DNA from: Vicugna vicugna
Lineage: Eukaryota
NCBI GenBank assembly: GCA_013265495.1
Contig: MU058687.1
Coordinates: forward strand, 3,412,001-3,476,000
Reading direction: 5' to 3'
DNA: 64,000 bases
In this document: piece by piece, positions 24,523-37,390 of the stretch
Numbering within the stretch: the first letter of the stretch is position 1
Layout: the number at the start of each line of letters is the position of its first letter
Translations under genes and position numbers: made by a program
Notes under the pieces: model-generated
What the model was told of the DNA's origin: nothing
Databases searched by the model: none
The model's input: only the letters and a program-made list of their open reading frames with translations

Positions 24523-27500
24523 TGCCTCTAGGCCAGGGGATCCCTGGCTACCCAAGGTGAGCCCTCAGGCCTCACCTCTGCTGTTTGGCACCTCCAGGCA
24601 GGAGGCAGCCCTACCCAGTGTGCTCACAGGCCACGGAGCACGGAGCCTGGAGAGCTAGCAGCCTGCAGGGGCCCTCATTTATCTGTGCTCTGAGCTCAGA
24701 AGCAGCATATTACTGAGGTCCTGACCCGGTGATCATATTTGCCAGTCACTTTAAGAACTGGTGACAGTGACTGTCACTGATTTCATTAAAAATAAAGGTC
24801 GTGCAGGAGCGCGCTTTCCTGGGCTGGACGGTGCCTCCTCAAGCCACAGGACGGCTATTGATTGCAGGACCTTTATCGAAGGTTAATTGGATTTCAGTGA
24901 GTGTGTGTATAAGGCCCCACCTGGGCTGAGGCCCAATTGAATTTGTGTGAAATTAGTGAGAGAAAGGTGACAGAGGCAGGAGCTGGTGTTGGGTGAGACA
25001 GGGACTGGAGGCCTGGTGGGAACATCCAAAGTCTATATAGAATGGGGCTGAGTGCAGGGATGGGGGCCTTGCAAGAGATGCCTGCCTGTCTACCCCAGAG
25101 GCCCAGGAGCCCGCTAGGGATGTAGGGCCAGGGGCTCCCCAGTGGTCAGAATGTGGACTTAGGCCCAGTCCTCTGTCCTCAGACGGCCCTCTGGTGTGTG
25201 GCGTGGCCTGCAAAGCCTGACTTTTTACCTCCCAGAGAGTGCATCTCGTTTTCCATCAGGATCAGAAGGGGCACTGGAGGTTGAGCTCTTACTTTGGATC
25301 CTAAGCTTCTGTTTCAGAGGTGCCAGGGCCCCTCAGTGGCCAAGCCTTCCTGGGCTCCGAGACAGCAAACATCAGGTTCCCCCACTGTTGGCTTGGGGTG
25401 CCCTGTCGTCTAGCCGACTGAGCCATTTCTCAGTAGCAGTCTAGTCCCCCTGGCAAACGCAATCTTGCTGATCTCTTTCTGCCACTGTGGGCCCTCCTGC
25501 TCTCTGTTGCTGTGGGGTATTGGCCTTTTTGTTTCTTTTAGCATCATTTTAGTGGTGCTAGTGAGGGAATGCAGTCCACGCGTGGGTTCCATCTGCCACG
25601 GGTAGCCAGACGCCCCTGCCGTGTTTCTTCTTTCCCATTCCGTGGCACTGCAGAAGCACTAAGATGGTCTCAAATATGTCTTCTAGCAAATTTTTATTAA
25701 GCCCCTACCACGTGCTGGCCCTGCATGTCAGTGCTGTAGCCGAGGGTGAACAGAGCCTGGGAGAAGTGGACTGGTCAGACGTCACCGAGGCTGGGCGTGT
25801 GGTGAAGGGGCAGAGGGTTCAAAGTCGGGACACCTGAGGTTATGCCTGGCTTTGCCATTTATTCACCAGGTGCCCTTGGGTGAGTTACTTAAACTCCGAG
25901 TCTGGGTTTCCTCATCTCTGCAGTTGAAACGATAACAATACTTCCTTCCCAGGGTCATTGTGTAGACTTTGCAGGCTGTGAAATTCTGTTTAAAAAAATC
26001 ATTTATAATTCATGAGGTTATTATTCACAGGGATATGTCTTCCTCCATAGCATCTCCGAGAATCTTCTTTGCTCCTCTCTTGTCCACCTACCTCTGTTAT
26101 CCATGAGTATGGATACTCAGGAGTGGTCAGTGGTCATTGATTGAGCAGTGACCCCTCCCCCATCTCTCAAAGCCATGCCACCCAAGTTTTTCCTCTTGTC
26201 CCCCGACACCAGCTTGGGTTGAGCAGGATGTTTCCTTGGTGCTCAGCATCATCTCCGACTTGTTGGGCCTTTCTGGCTCTACAATAGAAAGTGCTCAGAA
26301 GACCAGGAAGAAAAGCTGAAGAGGCATGAAGACCCCGGTTACCGAAATCGCTAGAACCAAAACATCTCCTTCCGTTGTCCACCCTCTGTAACTTCTCACA
26401 GCAAACCTTGAGAAGCTTGGGGATGTTGGTAGGGTCCAGATGCACAGATTTGTTCCTGCAGACTTGTTTCCCCAACAGCAGGGGTGTCTGGAGTGGGGAG
26501 CAGTGTCGCTTTGGAGCTGGCCTTCCTGAATTCTCGCACTGGCTCTGCTGCTCATGAGCTGTGCCCTCTCTGTGGAGCTCGTCGCCCTTGGAAAGGCCTA
26601 GCTTCCTGCCGTAAAGTGGGTGCGAGGGAGTAACCATAGGATTGTTTGGTGATTGAAACACGAAGCAGTTGGTGCAGTGCCTACAGTCCATGCTCAACAT
26701 AGGCTATTTTGCTGGAATTCTAACCCCCAGCCCTCTCTGTGGTGCTGGCAGTAAAATATGTGCCAGGAGAAGGGAGAAACATGTAGTGAAGAAACGCTTT
26801 CCCCTGTTTTTTATATTAACCCAGGTAAGATGGACAGATGTGGACATATTTCTTTGGATGAGTTGTTGCCCAAGGAGGGGCTGTCAGATGTCATCATCTG
26901 TGTCTTCCAACAGCCGTGCCCCTGGGATCGACTCCCCACCCCTCTGGTAGCCATGATCCTTTGAGTCTGACTGGCCAGGAGAATGGAGGAGCCCTCCCTC
27001 ATTGGCCTGTGGATACCCTGTTCCCTGGCTCTCAGGTGCTGTGTTGGTTCAAGAAGCTTTCACCAAACACACAGAAGCTCCAAAATTAGAGAAACTCCCC
27101 CAGTTTCCTGTGATGAACCCAGCGCCTCTTCTTCCTCACTACCTCTCCCAACAACACAATGTGTGGCTGAAGAGGTTCCCACTGCCTTCACATTCAGGGA
27201 CTTCATCTCAGTGCTTGCTGGTCCAAGATTGACCCAGTCCAAGAATGGGCAGCAGCAAGTAGTCTGAGGTTTATATATTCCAGGGCTGGTTCCTGGGGGT
27301 GGGGTTGGGATGGAGAGTGAAATGCTCTAGGCAGTGGTCTGGTTGGTCCTTCAGGCTGTGGTTCTGCCTCTAAAAGCCTGAATGGACACCAGGGGAAGGG
27401 CAAAGAGCTTAAATTATTAACCTCCTTATACTTAATATTGGGCTACTTGTGTGATTACTAATATCCTGCAACACCAACATTGTGTTTCTCTCAGGAGATC

Positions 27501-28189
27501 TTAGCCTTGCTTCCATGGCACCTCCCAAAAACATAAATAGACTTTTCTTTAGGGGTGGGAAAAAATTAATCCATGCAATTATAGAATAATTAAAGTACTT
27601 TCAGCCAATTCAGGTTTTGAGAAAAATCCAAAAATAACTCCTTGATTTAAATATTATTTACTAAATTAATTCTTTATTCAGACTTTTTTTTATAGATTCC
27701 TGGTTTTTTCCCTCCCTAGCGTTAGCCCATAAAGGCATTGCGTAATTACAGAAGTAACTTACGTGAGTGGCATATTCTTTTTACATGAAACAATTAAAGA
27801 CTTGTCACTTTTTATTTCTAAAAAGAGCTATACTATGGCTTTAGTTAACAGTGTATTTTTGGTTAGACAAACAGCTCTGGATTTCCCACTGAGACTCAAA
27901 TGGAATGCTTTCTTGGTTGCCTTGGCACCTTCAGAGGTTTTTGGTGCAGCCCTTGCCTCCAGGAAGGAGCTTCCCAGTGACTGGAGAGGCAAGATGGACT
28001 GGCGATTGAGGACTTGTTCCCTGGAGCCAAGCCACCTGGGTTCGGGTCCCCATTTTACTAACTGCTGGCCAGATGACCAAGCTCCCTCCTCTTGATATCT
28101 CACTTCCCTCATCTGTCTACTGCAAAGGGTGGCTGTGAGTGGAATGGAATGCAGCATAAAGCATTAGCTGTTACTATTCTAAACGGGGC

Positions 28190-28300
28190 GGGAGGGAGGA
28201 TAGCTATAGCTCAGTGGTAGAGTGTGTGCTTAGCATGCATGAGGTCCTGGGTTCAGTCCCCAGTACCTCCATTAAAAAAAACAACAAAATAAAATAAAAA
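28190..28300 (+). mobile_element. tRNA-Ala-derived SINE (camelid vic-1-like)
   Basis: A-box TAGCTCAGTGGTAGAG, B-box-like GGTTCAGTCCC, body cttagcatgcatgaggtcctgg, and an A-rich tail. Confidence 0.8.
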
Positions 28301-28354
28301 GATGGGATGCCTGTCTTTATGCAGATGTCACCATTAACAGGGCAAGGGGCAGCC

Positions 28355-28741
28355 TTAGAAGAACTGAACCATTTCTCCAAAGGAGACATACAGATGGCCA
28401 AGGGGTACCTGAAAAGGTGTGCAACATCACTCATTGTCAGGGAAATACAAATTAAAAGCACAGTGAGAGATCACCTCACACCTATTAGATTGGATGTCAT
28501 CAAGAAGACGAGATAACAATGTTGGTGAAGATGTGGAGAGAAGGGAACTTGTGCACTGTTGGTGGGAATGTAAATTGGTGCAGCCACTATGGAAAACAGT
28601 ATGGAGGTTCCTCAAAAAACTGAAAAGAGAGTTACCATGTGATCCAGCAATCCCACTCCTAGGCATATACCCAAAGGAAACGAAATCAATATTGAAAGGA
28701 TAGCTGCACTCCCATGTTCATTGCAGCCTTACTTACAATTG
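28355..28741 (+). mobile_element. L1 ORF2 C-terminal fragment
   Basis: Frameshifted pieces translate to [32 protein letters not shown] and [38 protein letters not shown], classic L1 ORF2 C-terminal sequence. Confidence 0.92.
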
Positions 28742-29024
28742 TCTGTTCTTGAGCAGGAGATGTAGCTGAGTATCTGGAAGGGACTGAGAGAGGGTTTTGT
28801 GCCCATTGGTGGCCTTAGGTTTCTCCTGGGACCCTCAGTGCCCTTGTGAGTGGGAGGAGGGGACTGAGTGCCTTTCTCTGGGCAAACTGGTTCCCAGAGA
28901 CTATTTACTGCAACTCTGATAGATGTTAAGAAAAATCACCCAAATTTTAGGAATAGGAGTGTGCAGTGTGTACTTTCAAAGTTATTCTTAGGTATAGTTC
29001 AAGCAGCCCCCCTGAGGATTTCTT

Positions 29025-29213
29025 TTTTTTTTTAATGTATTTTTATTGAAGTATAGTCAGTTTACAATGTTGTGTCAACATCTGGTGTACAGTACAATCA
29101 TATAGGAACATACATATATTAATTTTCATATTCTTTTTAGCCATAAGTTACTACAAGATACTGAATATAGTTCCCTGTGCTACACAGTATAAACTTGTTG
29201 TTTATATATAGTA
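29025..29213 (-). mobile_element. Short L1 3' end with perfect 13-bp TSD
   Basis: TSD ctgaggatttctt at 29012-29024 and 29214-29226. Body is homologous to the copies at 5.35, 18.5, 49.1 and 57.8 kb. Confidence 0.88.
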
Positions 29214-32200
29214 CTGAGGATTTCTTAATATCTAGGCAAATGTACTTTTGCTTGACGTTGCTATTGGCAGTTATTCAAGGGCTTAGACTGAAGTCGTATG
29301 TCAACCTGTAGATCTTATCCAGTAGAAGCACAAATAATTTCTCCCCACTAGAAAAGATAACCCCAAAGGTTATGATTTCCTTATTGCCCAGTAGGCCACT
29401 AACCAGTTTTGTATCTGATCCAGGAATCTTAGTCTCTTATTCCTGTGGAAATGTGCATAAATACCCAGTCCCTCAAAATTCTCTTTGAAACAGCTCTACC
29501 TTCTAACTTGCTCCTTTACTGATGAATTAAACAATCTTTCACGTGTGGTTCATTATCTATTTGTGTGAGAGTCAAGTTTTTGACTTTTTGGAAATTACCC
29601 GCTGATGGTGACAGTGGGTCTATTTTTTTTCCAAGTTAAGAATAACAGGCTACTACATTATAGAAAACAAACATGTTTATATCTTATCATTCAGTGTATA
29701 AAGTGCTTTCCCATATGTAATCATATTTTGACCTTGAATCTCGAGGTTGCTCTGTGAGGAAATAGAATAGATGGGGTTAGTCCCACTTAAAAGCTAAGGA
29801 AACTTAGACTCAGACTGAAAAGGGAGGTGACTTGTCTCCCAGGTCACCCTTGCCCTAAGTGATAGTACCAAGATGGCCCCAGAGTGAAGCCAGTGGTATA
29901 GGCTGATTCCCCTTCCTGTCTCTGCCTTCTACACCTACCTATCCTGGTGAAATCTGGTTAAAATGAACATCAAGAACAGCCCCTAAATGGAAAGACACCC
30001 AGGTAGGGGCAGCTGGATGGGGTGTTGAAACAGGGAGGGCCACTCCGGCGGCTTTGCCTGTGTGTACTTGAGTGCAGTTGGCAGCCCCTCTTCCTCCTCT
30101 GCCACAGCAGCAGCTCACTCCTCATGGGCCAGGGCTCCCCCAGTCTGAGTCCCCAGACCCCTAGGGGCCATCTTTCAATGTAGTAATAGGGCCCACAGCG
30201 ATTAGCAGTATTTCAGAAAGCTTAAGGGCGATCATACATCTCCCCATGACAGGTCTGCCCAGACTAAATGAAATGTCATTTCTCTGCTTTTGGCTGGAAT
30301 TCCGTCAGCTCAGTCTGGCTGGACTGCTTATCTTGGGCTGATCAGGAGCCCTGATTGGACCTTATAGGCATCCTTGACAAATAAAAATGAATTATTACTT
30401 AATAAATACAATTGGTTTGGCAAGTATGGCCTTTCAGAACTTGGCTCCGTGGAGTTACAAAGAGCCTAACAGAAAGGGTTCTCAGTGGCACGGAGGTGGG
30501 GGCCCGCTGGCTCGTCCAGGACCAGCTCTGGCTGGGTCCCCTCTCCCAAGAAACAGAACATGGTGGCCCCGGGACACCCGATATCTCAGCCTGAGTCTGA
30601 GAACCTGACACAGGGCAAAGTTCTGTTTCTGATGCCAACAGACACTGAGTACTGGGCCTTCCTTTCACCCAAGGAAAATGTCAGGAGCTGGAGGGCTGGT
30701 GTGGGGACAGGGTGACACAAGTCTAGGCGTCAGGACTTTAGATAACCTCTTTAATCCTAGTCTGCCACCCTCCCGGGAGTGTTATGAGGAATCAGGGGCA
30801 CCTAGGAGAGGTCACTAGGTTCCAAGCACCGTGATTTTCTCATTTACCCGACAGTAGCCCTTGAGAGTGGCACTACTGTTATTTCCATTTTACTAAAGCT
30901 AAGAGTATAAGTAGCTTGTTTAAGGTCACAAAGTTCAACTGAGAAGTGCAGAAGTCGGCGTGAGCCAGTGTAGAGTAGCGGTTACTAGAAGGCCGTGGGG
31001 TCACACCTGGTTTGAATCCTGGCTCCACATCTTTTCAGCCAGGTAGCTTGGGGTAAGTTGAACCTCGATGCATCTCAGCTCCTCATCTGCAAAACGGGGA
31101 TCATAATTGTACCTATTTTTAGGGCTACTGATAAGGATGACAGCTATAGGATTATTCTTGTTGATTTAATTTGGGGCCAATTATAATTGGTTGGGATTCA
31201 GAGGAGATTAATGGCGATCTCCTCAGAGGAGATCATGTGAAGCCAGAGTCCTATACTCGCATGCTTGGCCTGTTACAGGCAAGGGGATGCACAATAGAGC
31301 CAGTCTATGATATGTAACTTATATCTCAAAAAAGCTGTTTAACAACATAGAGCCAGTCCCTGCCATCTTGGGAGCTTATGATAGTGGGCTAGATGGTCAT
31401 AATCAAATAATAACATGAAGAGTGTGCTAGTAAAAGAAAAGTACAGCATTTTATGAGAGTGTATAGCAGGAGAACCTCATTTAGTCTAGGATTTCAGGAA
31501 AGGCTTCCCCAGGGAGGTGATGCTCAGCTGGGATGGGAAGGAAGAGAGGAGTGAACCAGATGAAGGCGAAATGGATCAATGCTCCTGGAATATCACATGT
31601 GAAGGCCCTGAGGTAGGAAGGCACAGGGATTACTGGAGAATAGAGAGAGCAACTATGACTGGAATGTCAGTGTGGTACAAGATGAGACCAGGGAGGGAGG
31701 CTGAGCCTGGTCGTGCAGGACTTTGTAGGCCAAGGAAAGAACTGCATCTTTGTCTTAAGACCCTAATCCTGTGTTCCCAACCCCACGGGCCCCAGCTCCC
31801 CTACTCTGGCTGGGATATGTTTGTTAGTGACTGTGGGGTCCAGCCGAGGCTGAGGGATGCCAAGGGCAGTGTGTGTCCTGGGGCATCAGCTTTCTGGGTT
31901 GAGCATCTCTTTGTCGCATGGAAACCCATCAGCAGACCATCTGTGGGCCTAAGTCTGGCTCTATTCAGCAGCTGTTCCCTGGCTGGGAAGAGGCTTTTAG
32001 CTTTAATAAAAAGGGAGTAGAGATAAGGAGGCTGCCTCGGCAGGGAGAGCAGCAATGACAGGATGATTTAAACGGCCTCTCCAGTGTCATTTCTTCTGTG
32101 CAGACATCATAAATCAGATCAGCATTGGGCTCTGGTGGGGAGGGGAGTGGGGAAAGGGGCCTGCAGGGAGAAGGGAGAAGAGTTTGTGACTCTGAGTCCT

Positions 32201-32736
32201 CCTGGGACTGGCCTGGAGCTGCTGGGGCAGCCCCAGAGGGTGGTGGGGTCACCTCTTCCTGATCCTCAACCCCTAGCCTTGTTCTTTGGAGAAGGGGTAG
32301 GTAGCATGACCCTCTACCCCCAACCCAGCTTTCCAGCCCATATTCATTTTTGAGGAAAAAATGAAGTGGGACTGGTAAGAGGGAAGAGTAGAGGGGCAAG
32401 TGTGGGAGGTGGGAATTATAGCCTTTGGAAAAACCAGAAGCAGTGATTCTCCTACCTTGCCATGCATTAAAATCGCCTTGGACATTTAAAAAAAATATTG
32501 ATGCCTGGGAACCACCCCCAACATTTCTGAGTTCTGGGTGAAATCTAATGTGCAGCTGAAGTTAGGAAGAGCTGGATGAGCATTTGTCTTAAACTCAAGA
32601 ACTACACAATCTCAGTCTCCCACCATGACTGCTCAGGCCTTGTTCATGAAAGTGGCCAGATCGAGGGACCAGTGTAGAAGTCTCTGAGGCAGGGGGTAAT
32701 ACAGAATAACTCCCACCCGCCTCTCTTCTCTTTCAG

Positions 32737-32886
32737 ATCTCACGCCACCTGGGCAAGATGTACAGTGAGATGATCTTTGTCAACGGCTTTGTGCACTGTG
32801 ACCCCCACCCGGGCAACGTGCTAGTGCGGAAGTGCCCGGGCACAGGGAAGACAGAGATTGTCCTATTGGATCACGGGCTCTACCAG
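32737..32886 (+). CDS. ADCK1: ADCK1 coding exon (150 nt, phase 0/0): ISRHLGKMYSEMIFVNGFVHCDPHPGNVLVRKCPGTGKTEIVLLDHGLYQ
   Basis: Acceptor ctctcttctctttcAG ends at 32736; donor GTagga at 32887. Encodes the catalytic loop HCDPHPGN and DHG (the DFG equivalent). Confidence 0.98.
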
Positions 32887-34109
32887 GTAGGAGAGTCTGT
32901 TTCCACCCAGCCAGACCTGTGGTCTGGTCCTGCCTGGGCTTGGAGCCAGCTGAACTCCCCTATTGGCCACAGAAATGGGAGGCAGATAGCAAACTGGAGA
33001 GGGCCCCGCCCTACCCCTAGAGCTGTCCTTTAGTGCAGGTCACAGTCATATGAGCTCTCTGAGCCTTAGCTTCTTCCTAATAGACTGAGAATGATAACAC
33101 CTCCCTTAGAGGTTGCTGTCAGGAGTAGATGAGATTGTGCCTGGATGTCTGTGCAAAAACCAGCTGCAAAAACCCCTTCTTCCTAGGGAAGCCCAAGCCA
33201 GCCAGACTGTGGGAGGTGAGATGCCCTTAGATGAGCTAGGACTCCAGGTGGAGGGGTAACTCAGCCCCAGTGAGGAGGTTATATATACTAGGAAAGGGCA
33301 CAGGGAACTGATAGAGATTGAATGGCCCCAACTCTGTCTTCTGGAACTTGAAATGTAGATCTGGTTTGAAGAGCCACAAGTTCCTGCCTGGAAGTTGAGA
33401 AGTTCATTGCCAATCCCAGGACCCAGGGCCTGGCTTGATTCTGTGAGGCATGAAGGAAGGTCTCTTGCTCTTCCCCCTCAGGGCCCTAATCCAGCATTGC
33501 CATATCTAGGCCTCCTTTGAAAGGCTCATTGACATGAGGTGTGTTAGTTTAAGGTCGGCTAGCTGTTGTCACACAAAGCCCCCAAATGGTTGATGGGCAA
33601 GACACAACAGATGTCTAATTGCTTGCCCACAGACCTATCTGGGGTGGGTGAAGGAGCCCGAAGGCAGGCGCTGACTGAGCCTGTCTCTCCCAGGCCTCCC
33701 TGGGGGTCTCACCATCCACCAGCAGTAGGGATAAGGGCTTGGAGGAGTGCGTATGGGGAAGTTTCCACGGTCTGGGCCTGGAAGTGGAGCTTCTGCCACA
33801 TTCCATCAGTCAGAGCTCAGGCAGAGGGCCACATCTAACCAGGAGACAGGCGGGCATCATGGCCTGTGCTGGGAAGAAGAGGGGAGTATAGATTCTGGTG
33901 GGCCGTTGGTAGTCTGCCACTCAGGACCAACCCTAGCCAAATAGTAGGTCTGAACTTGGACCTTTAGGGATGGCTGAACTGTGTGGGAGAAGCCAACATT
34001 ATGCGGGAGCCATGGTCTCCATCCGTCCCTTACGTGGTGGTCACACCAGCCAGGGACCAGGTCCATGGGGAGAGGTGGCTCAGTTCCTGCCATGCTGCCC
34101 CTGCCATAG

Positions 34110-34307
34110 GTGCTCACAGAACAGTTCCGCCTGGATTACTGCCACCTCTGGCAGTCACTGATCTGGACTGACATGAAGAACGTGAAGAAGTACAGCCAGC
34201 GCCTGGGAGCCGGGGACCTCTACCCCTTGTTCGCCTGCATGCTGACAGCCCGGTCCTGGGACTCAGTCAACAGGGGCATCGGCCAGACTCCAGTCACTGC
34301 TACTGAG
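34110..34307 (+). CDS. ADCK1: ADCK1 coding exon (198 nt, phase 0/0): VLTEQFRLDYCHLWQSLIWTDMKNVKKYSQRLGAGDLYPLFACMLTARSWDSVNRGIGQTPVTATE
   Basis: Acceptor ctgcccctgccatAG ends at 34109; donor GTgggt at 34308. Peptide matches recalled ADCK1. Confidence 0.96.
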
Positions 34308-35288
34308 GTGGGTGAGCTTGCCCTGCCCCCAGTGCAAGGGGCAGGGCTGGGGATGGCCTTTGGAGCCCTGCCAACCCAGGGTTTGAGGTCCTAGACTAGG
34401 GGGCTGTGGAGGTGTGGTGGGGGGCAGAACGGGAGATGTATTGGATGAGTCGGAGGGAGGGGAGGAGAATCGGTGTCCCTGGATGGGCAGAGGGAAAGGG
34501 AATGGTGTCCTACTCTGTCCCTCCCGGCCTTGTCAGCCTGGAGTGTAAGTGGGTCATGTTAACTGTATAATCCAGGCTCTGTGACTTTCACTCCAGCCTG
34601 CTTTCATGAGATTTCAGCCTTCCACCAAGTTGTCTCCCAGGACTTTTGGGAATGCCCAGGAAATAAGTCTGGCACCACCCGCTGTCGCCTGCGGGGCACC
34701 ATCTCCCATCGCGGGGTTCCTCTGGGACATCCTACTGGGGAGAGGGCTTCACTCCCTCATGCTGGACTCGAGGGCTGCTTGTTTCATTGTCCAATGAAGT
34801 TTTTTGAGAGACTGCTTTTTCAGTCTTTGTTTGTAGGTTTTTCCTCCATTGGATCTGGACAAGAGTCCCATGGAGTCTGGGCTGAGACTGATCCTAGGAA
34901 CCCCTTCTCCCCGGACTCAGCCTCACTTCTGCCCCTACAGTAGGGACTTATAGGGTAGCTCATTCTTCCTGGCTCAGGGTGAGCTCCCTCCCAGGCTTCT
35001 CAATCCCTCATGGAATTGCCGCCTGTCTTCCCAGTCTGTCAGTTTGCCAGACCTGTGCAGACTTGCCCATATCCATGTGGGGAAGGGCTGTGCTCACAAG
35101 GGACAGGGTCCTGCTTGTGCAGTTGGAAAGACCTGGATTCTAGTTCCAGTACCTGCTTTTCCTGGTAGCGTGACCTTGGATGGTTCGCATCACCTGTTTG
35201 AGCCTCAGCATCCTCCCCTGCAAGCTACCTTGTGGTGGAGGCTTTAGGAAAGGCTGGGTCCAGAGTTTCCAACAGTGTCACCAAACAG

Positions 35289-35319
35289 GCCATCTCTTGC
35301 CATCTCTTGCCATCTCTTG
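35289..35319. repeat. 10-bp tandem repeat (gccatctctt)x3
   Basis: Seen directly. Confidence 0.9.
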
Positions 35320-35499
35320 GCTCTGACTTTTTCCAAGTTGACATCTTTCCCCAGCAAGCCTGATGGCATAGATACCACCACTGCCCAGGCTTACATGGCT
35401 CTCAGCTCATCGTCTCAGAAGAAGAGAGACAGCCTCCCTCCTTTGTTGAGTAGGGATGATAATTCCTGCTTTATCAATAATGCATATAAAGTGCCTCCC

Positions 35500-36430
35500 C
35501 ATAGTCCCTGAAATTTGTTCATTGAACAAACATTTGTTTTTGCTGGACCCTGGACTGGGTGCCTGTGGACCAGTGATGAACAGACAGTCAGGCCTTCCAT
35601 GTAATTTGCACTGTGGCAGACGGAGACAGACAGTAAACAAGTGAACAAACAGGTAAATGGAATAATTGCAGGTTGGAGGTGCCAGGGAGGAAACAAGCCG
35701 GGTGCCGTGATGGGGGTGGCAGAGGAGACCTGGCTGGGGTATTGACATGTAAGCTGAGGCCCAAAGGACAAGAAAGCCACCAGCTACTAGAAGAGCCTGG
35801 AGAAAGTGTCCAGGTAGAGGGCACACGATATGCTAAACGAAGCAGAGTTAGGGGTGGTCGGGAGCATGTGCAGAGGATGGTGGACTGAAAATCTAGAGCA
35901 CTGGGCAGGGAGAGCACAATGGGAAGAAGTTCAGATTTATTCTCAGTACAAAGCAAAGCCTTTGACAGGTTTTAAGCAGGAGAAAGATATGCTCAGACTT
36001 GCTATTTTAAGTATGTCTCTGAACTGGGACAAGATGAGCAGTGGAGTGATGAGTGAGGGGGCTGGGGCAGGACTCCAGGTGGACAGATGATGGGGCTCAG
36101 ACTATGCTAATGGCAGTGGAGGTCGAGAGAAGCAGTTGCAGCCAAAGTGTGCTTTGGACCTAAGAGTGAGAGGCCTTTCTGTTGGCTTGGACATGAGGGG
36201 AGGAAAATGGAAGGGTCAGAGTTGTATCATAGCTTTTTGGGGTGAGTTATGGGGTTGAGGGGTGCCATTTCCTGACATAGGGAAGACTTCAGCAAGGACA
36301 TATTTGGGGTGGGGGTAGTCAGTATTTCTCTGGAATATTCAGCTAGAGACATCTCAAAGAAGAGATCCAGGCTTGAGTTATAAATTTGGGAGTCCTCAGT
36401 GTGTAGATAGTATTAAAGCCACAGGAATGG
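35500..36430 (-). repeat. L2 LINE fragment
   Basis: ttcattgaacaaacatttgtt..caggttttaagcaggag..ggcagtggaggtcgagagaag..ataaatttgggagtcctcag. Confidence 0.7.
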
Positions 36431-36479
36431 ACAAGACCACACGGTACATAATAGGTACTTCGTGAATGATATCTTGTTT

Positions 36480-36542
36480 CTAATTTAATTTTATTTATTT
36501 GTTTTTTCATTGAAGTATAGTTGATTTGCAATGTTGTGTTAG
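36480..36542 (-). mobile_element. Very short L1 3' end
   Basis: ttcattgaagtatagttgatttgcaatgttgtgttag next to a T-rich tail; imperfect TSD gatatcttgttt / gatacctgttt. Confidence 0.7.
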
Positions 36543-37149
36543 GATACCTGTTTTTTGTAACTTGGTTTGAATTCTATTTTTCTATCAGGTAGGCATCCTG
36601 CAGGGTCCAAGCTTGAAGGCTATGCAGCTCTGAGAGCCCCTTGGGGTAGCCTGGGTGGACACAGGTACTTCTGTTTGAGCCGAGAGGGGTTGTGGCCAGG
36701 CCAGTCTGACCCTACTGAGAGGGGGTCCTTCTGGTGAGTGGGACCCTGATCTGGCCTTAGCCTGCAAGCAGGGTGACCTGCAGCTGTAGAGGGAGGCAGC
36801 AGGGAGGCAGGCAGCCTCTTGGTGTCTGGCTTCTTGTTGAGATGTTCCAGTCTGATAGCTCCTGCCTGGGGGATGTTTCAGGTTTCACAGCAGCTTAGTT
36901 ATCAGCGGTGCACATGTGCTTCTGAAAGGGCCAGGAGTTCTGCCTCTGCTGCAGAAAGTGCTGGATGGGGGATCGTATGGCAGCACTGCTGGTCCCCTCA
37001 CTGTGACTTGTACTGGACCCAAGCGCCAGCCCATACCTTGTCTCTGATGACCCTCTGGGTACTGCTGAGAGGTGGGCACAGAGGGTATTTGCATGCCCAG
37101 TTTTTATGGGAGGACACTGGGTCACACAGTCCTCTGTGAGATGAGACGC

Positions 37150-37390
37150 AGTGTAGCCTGATGGTGAGGGTGAGGGCTTGAGAGCTGGACGGCCTGGGTT
37201 TGAATCCTGACTCATCCTTGACTAGCTGTGGACCTTGGGGAGGTTACTTAACTTCTCAGTGCCTCAGTTTCCTTCTCTCCAATGGGGGTATACACTTGGT
37301 TAATAGGGTTGATCTGAGGATTAAATAAGTTGATACATGTAAGCATTTTCAGAGTGTCTGGCTTACTTAGTAATGCTCAATACATGTGAA
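37150..37390 (+). repeat. MIR SINE (near full length)
   Basis: cctgggtttgaatcctgactc..ctagctgtggaccttgg..ttacttaacttctcagtgcctcagtttcc..taatgctcaata. Confidence 0.8.

Noticed and set aside
26104..26119. Short palindrome TGAGTAT-GG-ATACTCA
   Set aside because: 7-bp arms are expected by chance in 64 kb.
26167..26700. 177-aa minus-strand ORF
   Set aside because: No motif or splice support; intronic antisense noise.
28200..28272. tRNA-Ala-like gene
   Set aside because: It has an A-rich tail, a degenerate acceptor stem and a duplicated tagcta at the 5' end. This fits a tRNA-derived SINE, not a functional tRNA.
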